From assembly GCA_965214935.1 (NCBI GenBank), contig CBDCCS010000003.1, forward strand, positions 135,374 through 199,373: DNA of 64,000 nucleotides. The letters are read 5' to 3'. The stretch's first letter is position 1, and the number at the start of each line of letters is the position of its first letter. A program made the translations under genes and the position numbers. Below are positions 37,406 through 45,675 of the stretch, in pieces. This stretch comes from Candidatus Velthaea sp. (GTDB taxonomy: Bacteria > Vulcanimicrobiota > Vulcanimicrobiia > Vulcanimicrobiales > Vulcanimicrobiaceae). The notes beneath the pieces were generated by a model, which had not been told where the DNA came from, did not search any database, and saw only the letters and a list, made by a program, of their open reading frames with translations.

Positions 37406-38360
37406 TTACCGTCCTTCGTAGATGCCGGATGGCAAATTGAGTTTCGTCGCCGGGCCGCTCAGGATGCATCGCTGGGGCAATAATTTGCTTGGAATGGACG
37501 ACATAGATGTTTCGCGGGTAGCCAAAGGTGAGTTGATTTCCGCAGGTATCGCTTGTTATTACCGATACGACTGAAGGCGCAAGCGTGGTCGGGGAACCAT
37601 CAAACGAGAAAGCGCCCGTAGTCTTTTCAGCAAAGCGGTAGATGCCGGCGTTATCAGCTCCGACCGGTTTGCCGGTAGCAACGTAGGTCTTCGTCGCGGG
37701 ATCGTCAGCGACGCCGCCACCGCTAAGGAACACACCGATGCCGTATGGATAAGCTGGAACCGTGTTGTTGTAATGTCGCTTTTCAATCGTGCTGATTCCA
37801 ACGCCGGCAAGATCGAATAAGACCCCTGAATAGTAGTTCGCGATAATGTTGGCGCCGGTCGAATCGTTCGCAAGTTCGCTAGCCGGGCTGATAAGTTGCG
37901 GGCTCCGTGCGAATGGTGTTTCATTACCGCTCGCGTTGGGCGGGAAACGGAGCAGCGATGCGTAGCCGGGTTGACCGGTTTGTAGGCCGCCGTCGAAAAC
38001 AAACATCTTTCCGGTCGATTGATCGACGGCCATTCCTTCAATGGATACCAGGCCGGTTTTCGGGCCTGCAAGTCTACGGATGGGACGAACGTTACCGTTC
38101 GCACCGTCGTAAAAAATGGAATCGCGTAAGACGCGCCGGTTCGTTCGTTCGGCCCAATCGCGAGCAACGGGCGGTTCTCAAAGTAACGCCGTACGCAAGA
38201 ACGTAGGCAAGTTCGCATGCAAGTGAGCTGCGGACAAACGCGCAGTCAGGTGCGCTAGATCGATAAATTTGGCTCCCCACGCCAGCGCCGACCGATGCCG
38301 AAGCAGACGTTGTTTGCAAAAGTGCCATTCATCGTGAGTGTCAGCTAGCAAATGTTGCAT
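37406..38360 (-). pseudogene. Fragmented secreted NHL/beta-propeller-like repeat protein
   Basis: The frame of ORF 37395..38033 is open upstream (DGANGNVRPIRRLAGPKTGLVSIEGMAVD). A related C-terminal repeat, ILSGPATKLNLPSGIYEGR*, lies in another frame ending at 37406. The N-terminus is broken by stops. Confidence 0.55.
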
Positions 38361-38386
38361 GAGCTACGAATCCGCGGCTGAGAGGC

Positions 38387-39070
38387 ATGAAACTACTGCG
38401 CGTCGTCGGCAGCTGCGCATTATCGACGTCGATTTACGGCGTTCTCTTGTTCGTGCCGGCCGGTACGCTGCATTGGTGGCGTGGTTGGACGGTTATCGGC
38501 ATTGTGCTTCTTGCCATGGTCGTCGCACGTCTTTGGGTTTTTCGCGACGAAGATGGATTGCTGGCCGAACGTCGCAGACCGCCGTTGCAGCGTGGTCAGC
38601 CGTTTGCCGACAAGTTGCTCGTCGTTGCGTTCCTCACCGTCTTTCCGGCGTTTATCGCATTCATTCCGCTCGACGTGTTCCGGCTTCATCTCTTTAGCCG
38701 GCCGCCGACCCCGCTGACGATCCTCGGTTTATGCTTGTTCGTCGGCGGGGTGTGGTTGATCGCGCTGGCGTTTCGAGACAACGCCTTTGCCGTCGCAATC
38801 GTGCGACATCAATACGAACGCGGCCAAACCGTTATCCGGAGCGGTGTTTATTCCGTCGTCCGGCATCCGCTGTACTCCGGCGTCAGTCTCATCGTCGTCG
38901 GAGGGGCGTTGTGGCTTGAGTCCTATGCAGCAGAACTCGCTGCAATTTTTCCGCTACTCGTACTCGTTCTGAGAATTAATGTTGAAGAGGCGTTTCTCAA
39001 GAAACGGCTGCCGGAGTACGGTGCCTATATGAAAGCAGTGCGCAGCCGTTTGATTCCGTACGTGTGGTAG
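38387..39070 (+). CDS. Isoprenylcysteine carboxyl methyltransferase (ICMT/PEMT) family membrane protein
   Basis: GQTVIRSGVYSVVRHPLY, RINVEEAFL, YGAYMKAVRSRLIPYVW. Confidence 0.9.
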   Translation: MKLLRVVGSCALSTSIYGVLLFVPAGTLHWWRGWTVIGIVLLAMVVARLWVFRDEDGLLAERRRPPLQRGQPFADKLLVVAFLTVFPAFIAFIPLDVFRLHLFSRPPTPLTILGLCLFVGGVWLIALAFRDNAFAVAIVRHQYERGQTVIRSGVYSVVRHPLYSGVSLIVVGGALWLESYAAELAAIFPLLVLVLRINVEEAFLKKRLPEYGAYMKAVRSRLIPYVW

Positions 39071-39084
39071 TCTACGCAGACCGG

Positions 39085-39288
39085 CTACGGCCGCGTTACG
39101 TAGCGCGGCTGCTCGTCGGGGCCGGAGGGTGAAATAATCTCAGTGCGCACGTCGTGAATCGCCGACTCAAGAACGTCGCCTCGTGTGCGACGGCAAGAGC
39201 AAGGGCGAAGCCGATCGCCTTCACAGCCCGAGCCGCTATGACCGGATATGCCATGGCCACAGCGACACTGAAGAAGTTCCTCTATCAT
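39085..39288 (-). CDS. Small Cys/His-rich putative zinc-binding protein
   Basis: GGAGG RBS; CRCGH-x4-H-x4-C-x7-CSC pattern. Confidence 0.6.
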   Translation of the reverse strand: MIEELLQCRCGHGISGHSGSGCEGDRLRPCSCRRTRGDVLESAIHDVRTEIISPSGPDEQPRYVTRP

Positions 39289-39437
39289 AGAGCCTCCAGA
39301 CGACTAGGTAGGCTAATCAGATTCCCGGACAATCATCCGCACAATCTGTAACTATCCAAAATGGGGAGACGGAGACCTTCTAAAAGGACCTTTTTCTCAT
39401 GACGCTCGACGAGGCTGCTCAGGTTTATCGAATTCCG

Positions 39438-40208
39438 CTACAATTCGTAATCGATGATCACGGGTGCATGATCGGAAAAGCGCTCGGCGCGGAAGATCGA
39501 TGCGGCTCGAACGCGTTGCGCCAGATCGGGTGTAATGAGTTGGTAGTCGATGCGCCATCCGAGATTGCGTTCGAACGCCTTGGGCCAATTCGACCACCAT
39601 GAAAACTGCTTCGGCTCGGCGTTGACGACTCGAAAGGCGTCGACCCAGCCGATTCGCTCGACGACATCGTCGAACCAGCTCCGCTCGTCGGGTAAAAATC
39701 CGGTCGTTTGCGCGCAACTCTTCGGGTCGAACACGTCGATGTCGCGATGAGCGATATTGTAATCGCCGCAGACGATTGTCGGTGTGCCGCTATTCTTCAA
39801 TGTGATCAGTCGCCCGATGAAGCGATCGAGGAAAGCATATTTTACCGCCTGGCGCTCCGGTCCGCTGGTGCCGGACGGAACATACAGAGAGGCGATCGTT
39901 ACGTCACCGAAATCCATTTTGATAAAGCGGCCTTCCGCATCCATATCCGGCATATCCAGGCCACGGACGATCGAGCGGGGTGGTCGCCGACTGTAGATGC
40001 CGACGCCGCTGTAACCTTTTTTCTCTGCATCGGCGAATGCGTAATGATAATCGGTTAAAGCGATCGCTTCGGGCGGTAATTGGTGTTCTTGCGCTTTGGT
40101 TTCTTGCATGCAGAGCACGTCGGGTCGCTGAGATTCTATCCAACGAAAGAAACCTTTACGTGCTGTTGCACGTATGCCGTTCGCATTAAAAGTAATGACG
40201 CGGAACAT
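39438..40208 (-). CDS. xth: Exodeoxyribonuclease III / AP endonuclease
   Basis: TFNANGIR, MQETK, GYSGV, EGR, YVPSG, CGDYNIAH, GWRIDY, SDHAPV. Confidence 0.95.
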   Translation of the reverse strand: MFRVITFNANGIRATARKGFFRWIESQRPDVLCMQETKAQEHQLPPEAIALTDYHYAFADAEKKGYSGVGIYSRRPPRSIVRGLDMPDMDAEGRFIKMDFGDVTIASLYVPSGTSGPERQAVKYAFLDRFIGRLITLKNSGTPTIVCGDYNIAHRDIDVFDPKSCAQTTGFLPDERSWFDDVVERIGWVDAFRVVNAEPKQFSWWSNWPKAFERNLGWRIDYQLITPDLAQRVRAASIFRAERFSDHAPVIIDYEL

Positions 40209-40487
40209 TCTGTGATCTTGCGATAACCTTCGCCGGCTTCCCGCAACGGCCGGCACTCATCGCAGCGAAGCAATCCTTTCGGGGAACTTACGAACGTCCA
40301 ACGTCGTCACGAAGAACAGCGTGCACCAATTCACCGGTATCGGGGTCGAGCAAAAGCGTGGCCGAACACGCTGCACATCAATAGCAAAATCGTTAAATTT
40401 ATTGGGGTTTGCGGGGACAAAGTAAAAGTACCGCCGTTCCCGAAGAAGCTACAGACTTCAAGCGAACTTCGCTCGGAGTGATCAGAA

Positions 40488-40673
40488 ATGTTGAATCGCA
40501 TGTTAATCCCGGAAATCAGCCGCTCGCTCGAGCAAGTGAAAGTTCAGATTTTAAAGACCCGCTCGTTTGAAGATCTTAGCGTACAGTCGACGATTCTCAC
40601 GTCGCTGGCTCGCACGATCATTCGTGATTTGGAAGCCGCTTTCGTTCAAGCGTCAGGGGCGACAGCCGCTTAA
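40488..40673 (+). CDS. Small hypothetical helical protein
   Basis: 61 aa, GGAG upstream, amphipathic composition, preceded by an AT-rich intergenic region. Confidence 0.45.
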   Translation: MLNRMLIPEISRSLEQVKVQILKTRSFEDLSVQSTILTSLARTIIRDLEAAFVQASGATAA

Positions 40674-41012
40674 GTCTTCGCTACGACGACGTTTCGGTTC
40701 GTGTCAAGCAGCGACGCCGGCAACATCCGGCTCATTGACATCGACAACGATTATCGCCGCTAAAAACGCGTCTCGCTCGTTGACCAGATGGCACGTTACG
40801 CAGACGACTCGGGAGCCGAGATGCGGCATGCCAGGATCGTTGTGGTGCTCGCGGCAAGCGGGACAAACGAAATTGAAGTCCATGCGAGCACCTTACCGGT
40901 CAAGAGTGCCAACTGGCTGTCACCTCTGTTGCTCGCCGTTTCAAAATGGAAACGGAGTCTCGCAAAAACGATACGGATAGGCCGTTAATCCACGAAGCTA
41001 TATCGGCTTTGC

Positions 41013-41930
41013 TCAGCGCATTGCCGAAGCATCAGGTATCGGTTCAATCGCCGTTGCGCGGTAGGTGCGGGCTCGTGCCGCCTGCGTGCCGCGACACGTC
41101 AGTTGCGCCGGAGCGCCGGTCTCGATGGCGACCGTGACGACGACTGGGCCGCGCGGCGTGTTCAGCGTCACCTGTGAGCGAGCGGCGTCGATTCGCTGTT
41201 CTGAGGCAATCGCCAGCGCTCGCCGGTCAAGAATCCCAAGCTGTCGGTGAGCGTAAATGAGTGCGGCCTGCGCGATGGGTGCAAGCCCGATACGGCCGCG
41301 CATGAGGTCCGGCACGACCTCGTCGGCATCGGCTCGATCGGCAAGTTCGGCAGCAGCCGACGGCTGGACGCGGCCGTACATTTCACCGCTCGGCAATACC
41401 AGCAGATTGGCGGCAAAGCGATCGCCGCCCAGGTGCGTCGTCTCCCAGACGCGGCCGGGACGGGCGTGCTGCAAGGCTTGCGCCAGCGGCCGGCCGCGTA
41501 GCGCACAACAAGCGTCATGGCGACCGTGCGTGCACACGAGATAGAGCGGATCTGCGTCGACCGTAGCCGGCGCCGGCATCTCCGAACCTTGTTCGAGCCA
41601 GGACGCTACGTCGGAGAGGTCGTCGGCATGCCGCCAGCTTATGGCACCGGCGCCGACGTCTGCAATGCCGATCGCATACCCGCCTGCAGGCTTGCCGATT
41701 TCATGCTTGCCAGAGCGACGAATCGCTTGCAATCGCATTCCTGCAGCGGCGGCCGCAACGTCGATGCGGCGCGCAACATCCGGTTCGCACCGGCTTTCCG
41801 TAAGGCCGCGCGGACCCCAAGGTCCGGGCTGATGAACTAAAAGGACTCGGCTATGCGGCCAGGCCGTACCCGGCATCGCGTCGCCGCGCAACTCGGCTTC
41901 GTTCGCACACCGAAACGCAGGCACCGTCAT
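41013..41930 (-). CDS. Sucrase-ferredoxin-like (thioredoxin-fold 2Fe-2S) protein
   Basis: GTA...QPGPWG N-domain; LYLVCTHGRHDACCALRG; VWETTHLGGDRFAANLLVLP. Confidence 0.85.
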   Translation of the reverse strand: MTVPAFRCANEAELRGDAMPGTAWPHSRVLLVHQPGPWGPRGLTESRCEPDVARRIDVAAAAAGMRLQAIRRSGKHEIGKPAGGYAIGIADVGAGAISWRHADDLSDVASWLEQGSEMPAPATVDADPLYLVCTHGRHDACCALRGRPLAQALQHARPGRVWETTHLGGDRFAANLLVLPSGEMYGRVQPSAAAELADRADADEVVPDLMRGRIGLAPIAQAALIYAHRQLGILDRRALAIASEQRIDAARSQVTLNTPRGPVVVTVAIETGAPAQLTCRGTQAARARTYRATAIEPIPDASAMR

Positions 41931-41955
41931 ACGGAGACCTTGAACGCGCCGCGAA

Positions 41956-43230
41956 TCATGCCGGAACGACGATCCCTTCCCGCAGCAACCGGCGCAGTAA
42001 CGTCAGCCCGTCCGTCACGTCGACTGCCGGTAACCCGGCGGCGCAGATTTTCGCCCCGGATACGATCGCGCGGACGGCGTGAATGAGTTCGGCCGGCAAC
42101 CGGAGTTCTTTGTCCGCTAGTTCGAGCACGACTTCGGTACGTTCGAGCCGCACGATCGGTTGCAGACCCGGGCGGAGGCGCAAGTCCATCGATGGGTCGA
42201 GCGCATCGGCTGCTGCAAGCTGTTCTAGTGGCCCAAGCGGCGCAGGCCGTGTCGCTGCGGCGACGTGCCGGCCGATGCCGCGCGCGATGGCGGCCGGGTC
42301 AAGCTGGTCGAGAGCGGCATGTAAAGCAGCGATCGTCGCGTGCAACTCGGCACTCAACACGTCGGAATCGCTTAGATCGACGCCGATCGGCAGCGACCGG
42401 CGCAGCGCGACGTCGCCGGCAAGTGTCGCAAACGCCTCTTTGACGATGGTGTGGCGCGTAAGCGGGTGGATGCCGACCGTGAGGTGCCCCGAAATTGCGT
42501 CGAGAGCCGCTGCACCATGCACGAATCCACGCGGTAAATACAATGCGTCGCCCGGTTCGAGCACCGTCTCGATGAGCGGCGGCTCGGCGGCGCGTGCGGT
42601 CACGGCCTGCTTGTAACCGTCCCATGGTTGCGACGGCAATGGAGATGGAAGTACCGGTTCGTGAACGCGCCAGCGTTTTGACCCGGCAAATTGGAGCACG
42701 AATACGTCATGGACGTCGTAATGCGGGGCAAAACCGGTGTTACCCGGCGGAGTGACGTAGGCGTTCACCTGAACCGGGTGGCCGAGTTGATCGACGAGGT
42801 CCGTCGCGAACGATTGAAGCGGTGACCAAATGCGGTGCAAACCTTGTAAAACGAGGGTCGCGCCGGCGGCGAACTCCATCAAGACCTTATCGTCGGCAAC
42901 CTGATCTGCGATCTCCGCGCCCGCGCCGCCCGAACGAGTGAAGCGGCGCTGAGCGAGAACCTCACCGTCGCGGCTTAGACGTAAGAAGGGCGTCCGTAAA
43001 CCACGTGCCGATACGAGTTCGTCGACCGCTGCAAGCGAAAACAAGTCGCCAAACCGGCCGCCGGCGAGTTGCGCCGACCGGGATAGCAATGGTTTGCGAC
43101 CCCAGTACAGCGTGCCGAAGTCGGCAATAGAACGGCCGCTCATTCGTTGTAACGGGTCGACGAAGGGCGCCCGTTCGGGCAAGGCGCTTGGCGTGGCTAC
43201 ACGCTCGACCGGGTTAGCGGACGGCCACAT
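41956..43230 (-). CDS. JmjC/cupin_4 Fe(II)/2-oxoglutarate oxygenase (YcfD/NO66-like)
   Basis: VNAYVTP, GFAPHYDVHDVFVLQFAGSKRW (HxD plus the 2OG Lys), LEPGDALYLPRGFVH (distal His), winged-helix-like C-terminus RRLLREGIV. Confidence 0.9.
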   Translation of the reverse strand: MWPSANPVERVATPSALPERAPFVDPLQRMSGRSIADFGTLYWGRKPLLSRSAQLAGGRFGDLFSLAAVDELVSARGLRTPFLRLSRDGEVLAQRRFTRSGGAGAEIADQVADDKVLMEFAAGATLVLQGLHRIWSPLQSFATDLVDQLGHPVQVNAYVTPPGNTGFAPHYDVHDVFVLQFAGSKRWRVHEPVLPSPLPSQPWDGYKQAVTARAAEPPLIETVLEPGDALYLPRGFVHGAAALDAISGHLTVGIHPLTRHTIVKEAFATLAGDVALRRSLPIGVDLSDSDVLSAELHATIAALHAALDQLDPAAIARGIGRHVAAATRPAPLGPLEQLAAADALDPSMDLRLRPGLQPIVRLERTEVVLELADKELRLPAELIHAVRAIVSGAKICAAGLPAVDVTDGLTLLRRLLREGIVVPA

Positions 43231-43257
43231 CAATGCGTGACCGCGCTAACACGTTCG

Positions 43258-43509
43258 TTAGGCTCCGCCGTCGGCGCCGCCGTCGTGCGTACCGGGCGTT
43301 CCGGAAGCTCCGCCATCCGCCGGACCTTCGGCGCCGCCGTCGGCGCCGCCGTCATGCGTGCCGGGCGTTCCCGATGCACCGCCATCGGCTGGACCCTCGG
43401 CTCCGCCGTCGGCGCCGCCGTCATGCACGCCCGACGTGCCCGAGGCTCCGCCGTCGGCAAGACCCTCTGCACCGCTGCCGCTGGTCGTCATGTCGTCGTC
43501 ATTGAGCAT
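43258..43509 (-). CDS. Gly/Asp-rich repeat peptide, putative RiPP-like precursor (83 aa; 86 aa from ATG 43518)
   Basis: GAGGA RBS 9 nt before ATG 43509; leader MLNDDDMTTSGSG followed by three 23-aa repeats; only synonymous differences between the last two repeats. Confidence 0.85.
   Translation of the reverse strand: MLNDDDMTTSGSGAEGLADGGASGTSGVHDGGADGGAEGPADGGASGTPGTHDGGADGGAEGPADGGASGTPGTHDGGADGGA
43261..43467. repeat. Tandem repeat, 3 x 69 bp
   Basis: Units at 43261-43329, 43330-43398 and 43399-43467. Confidence 0.92.
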
Positions 43510-44093
43510 TCGAATCATTCCTCGTTACAGCGAAAGTTGCGTCGCGAGCATACGCGCGCGGCACGGTACGGGTGCCCACCCCTGCCGGTTGCCAAACAAG
43601 CCGGAGCAGCAGATCATTGGACGATCGCCGACGCGAAAACGAGTCATCCGCTTGCGGTCCGGCAGCAGATCTACCGTCATGCAGACGCGGCCTTCACTGC
43701 TAAGCAAGCGCCGTGAATGGCCGCAACCCGTCCGACCGTATCGACAGCGTCAATCGATCAGCGTTCGATTCACGTAATCTAACAACGGTTTGCGTTAACA
43801 GCACAGCCCCAAAAGGCAGGCAAACCGTGAAGGATATCCGGCATGCAAAATGCGTAAAAAATATGAGCCGCCTGCGCTTCTAAGGTTGTTTGAAGCGAAG
43901 CGAAGTAATTCACAGAGGCGTCTCACTCGTAGCATTCGCGTTTTGATGCACCGATACGGCGCTTCGCTTACGCTAAGTTGATGATTGCGAAAATAGCGTT
44001 GCGGAGAGTGTTCGTTGTGCCGACCGGAAACTCGCTTTCCCGTAAAACACATAAATTGCCGACTCTTAAAGCTCGACGCGCCTGGCGCTCGGC

Positions 44094-44143
44094 TTAACGC
44101 GGTGTTAGCCGGGCTTTAAACCGCGGTTAAAAGTCTGCCTTAA
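44094..44143 (+). promoter_or_regulatory. 11-bp-periodic TTAR direct-repeat array upstream of the DUF1800 gene
   Basis: TTAA 44094, TTAG 44105, TTAA 44116, TTAA 44127, plus TTAA 44140. Confidence 0.5.
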
Positions 44144-44181
44144 AGCGGACGCGTCGTGACCCGAGCGGCTATTATTCGGAG

Positions 44182-45660
44182 ATGCAAGAGGCTGCTCGTA
44201 CATTCCGTCCGCCCGGTTCACTGCCGGCGTCACCGCTGGCACCGTACACCGGCCGCTGGGATGTTCGCCAAGCTGCGCATCTGCTTCGACGGGCCGGTTT
44301 CGGCGGTTCGCCGGCGGACGTTGCGGCACTCGCCCGACGGCCGATGCGCGATGCCGTCGCTTCGCTCGTTGCTTTCCCGGCCGTTCATTTGCCCGAGCGC
44401 CCGGATATCCCGGACGAGTCTGCGATCGATATGCAATTGCGCGACCGGTCGATGTCCGACGCCGCGATGCCGGGCGCCGACCCGGCCTTGGTGGATCTGC
44501 GCAAGCAGCGCCGGGCGCTGCAAGTGCGCGGCGTGATGGCGACGCAATTATGGTGGCTCGACCGAATGATCGCCACGCCGGCGCCGCTGCAAGAGAAGAT
44601 GACCTTGTTTTGGCACGGTCACTTTACCACCGCGGCGATTCAGAAAGGCGTAACGCCGCGCGAGATCGTCGCGCAAAATGCGTTGTTCCGTTCGTTTGCG
44701 CTCGGCGATATCCGTGAATTGACGCAACGCGTCGCCGTCGACCCGGCGATGCTCAAATACCTCGATAACTTACGCAACGACGCCACCCATCCGAACGAAA
44801 ACTTCGCGCGTGAACTCATGGAATTGTACACGTTGGGGATCGGCAATTACAGCGAGGCTGACGTGCGCGAAGGCGCCCGCGCGTGGACGGGCTTGCGGCT
44901 GCACCGCGCAAGCGACGAAGTGTTCCTCAACGAACGCTTTGTCGATAATGGATCGAAAACGTTCTTAGGCAAAACCGGGAACTGGCGCGGCACCGATGCC
45001 GTCAACATTATCTTCGAGCAGCCCGCCGCCGCTCGCTATTTTGCAACGAAGCTGCTGACGTTCTTCGTTTACGCGGAGCCGGAACCCGAGTTGGTGGAGG
45101 CCGTCGCCGATCTCCTACGCGGGCACAAGTACGTGCTTGCACCGGTCATGGCGACGTTGCTCGCATCGAACGTCTTTCATTCCGAACGCGCATATCGCGC
45201 GTTGGTCAAGAGTCCGGTCGACTTCGTCGTCGGTTCGTACCGGCTATTCGGCGTTGCAAACGCGCAACCGTCGGCATTGCCGGCCCTCCGGCGCATGACG
45301 CAGGTGCTCTTTTATCCGCCCAACGTCAAAGGCTGGCCCGGCGGCGGCGCGTGGCTTAATAGCTCGACGGTCCTTGCACGCGAAAACTTTGCCGACGCGC
45401 TCATGACGGCAAACGTCGTCGACGGCGCGTCGAGTTGGCTGCTATCGGCCGGCCCCTCCAGTGCGGCGAACGCCGCCACGGCGATCGTGGATTCGATCGT
45501 TCAAGGCGATGCGTCGCCGGCGTCGATAAGCCGGCTCGAGGCATACTTGGGCGGCGCGGACACCGCCGCAAACGGCGCGTTGTCGGGTGAAAACTTCGAG
45601 CAGCGCATGCGCGGCGGCGCCTATCTCACGATGGCGATGCCGGCCTATCAACTCGCTTGA
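44182..45660 (+). CDS. DUF1800 family protein
   Basis: AAHLLRRAGFG, LQEKMTLFWHGHF, DPAMLKYLD, PNENFARELMELYTLG, PPNVKGWPGG. Confidence 0.92.
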   Translation: MQEAARTFRPPGSLPASPLAPYTGRWDVRQAAHLLRRAGFGGSPADVAALARRPMRDAVASLVAFPAVHLPERPDIPDESAIDMQLRDRSMSDAAMPGADPALVDLRKQRRALQVRGVMATQLWWLDRMIATPAPLQEKMTLFWHGHFTTAAIQKGVTPREIVAQNALFRSFALGDIRELTQRVAVDPAMLKYLDNLRNDATHPNENFARELMELYTLGIGNYSEADVREGARAWTGLRLHRASDEVFLNERFVDNGSKTFLGKTGNWRGTDAVNIIFEQPAAARYFATKLLTFFVYAEPEPELVEAVADLLRGHKYVLAPVMATLLASNVFHSERAYRALVKSPVDFVVGSYRLFGVANAQPSALPALRRMTQVLFYPPNVKGWPGGGAWLNSSTVLARENFADALMTANVVDGASSWLLSAGPSSAANAATAIVDSIVQGDASPASISRLEAYLGGADTAANGALSGENFEQRMRGGAYLTMAMPAYQLA

Positions 45661-45675
45661 GAAAGATCGAAATCG

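Noticed and set aside
43261..43467. Repeat array as a CRISPR or neutral VNTR
   Set aside because: Units are contiguous with no unique spacers, are a multiple of 3 long, differ mainly at synonymous sites, and no cas genes are present.
43230..43777. Alternative overlapping ORFs (43237..43716 +, 43233..43505 +, 43358..43777 +, 43230..43472 -)
   Set aside because: Shadows of the repeat peptide; only the 43258..43509 frame has an RBS and a synonymous substitution pattern.
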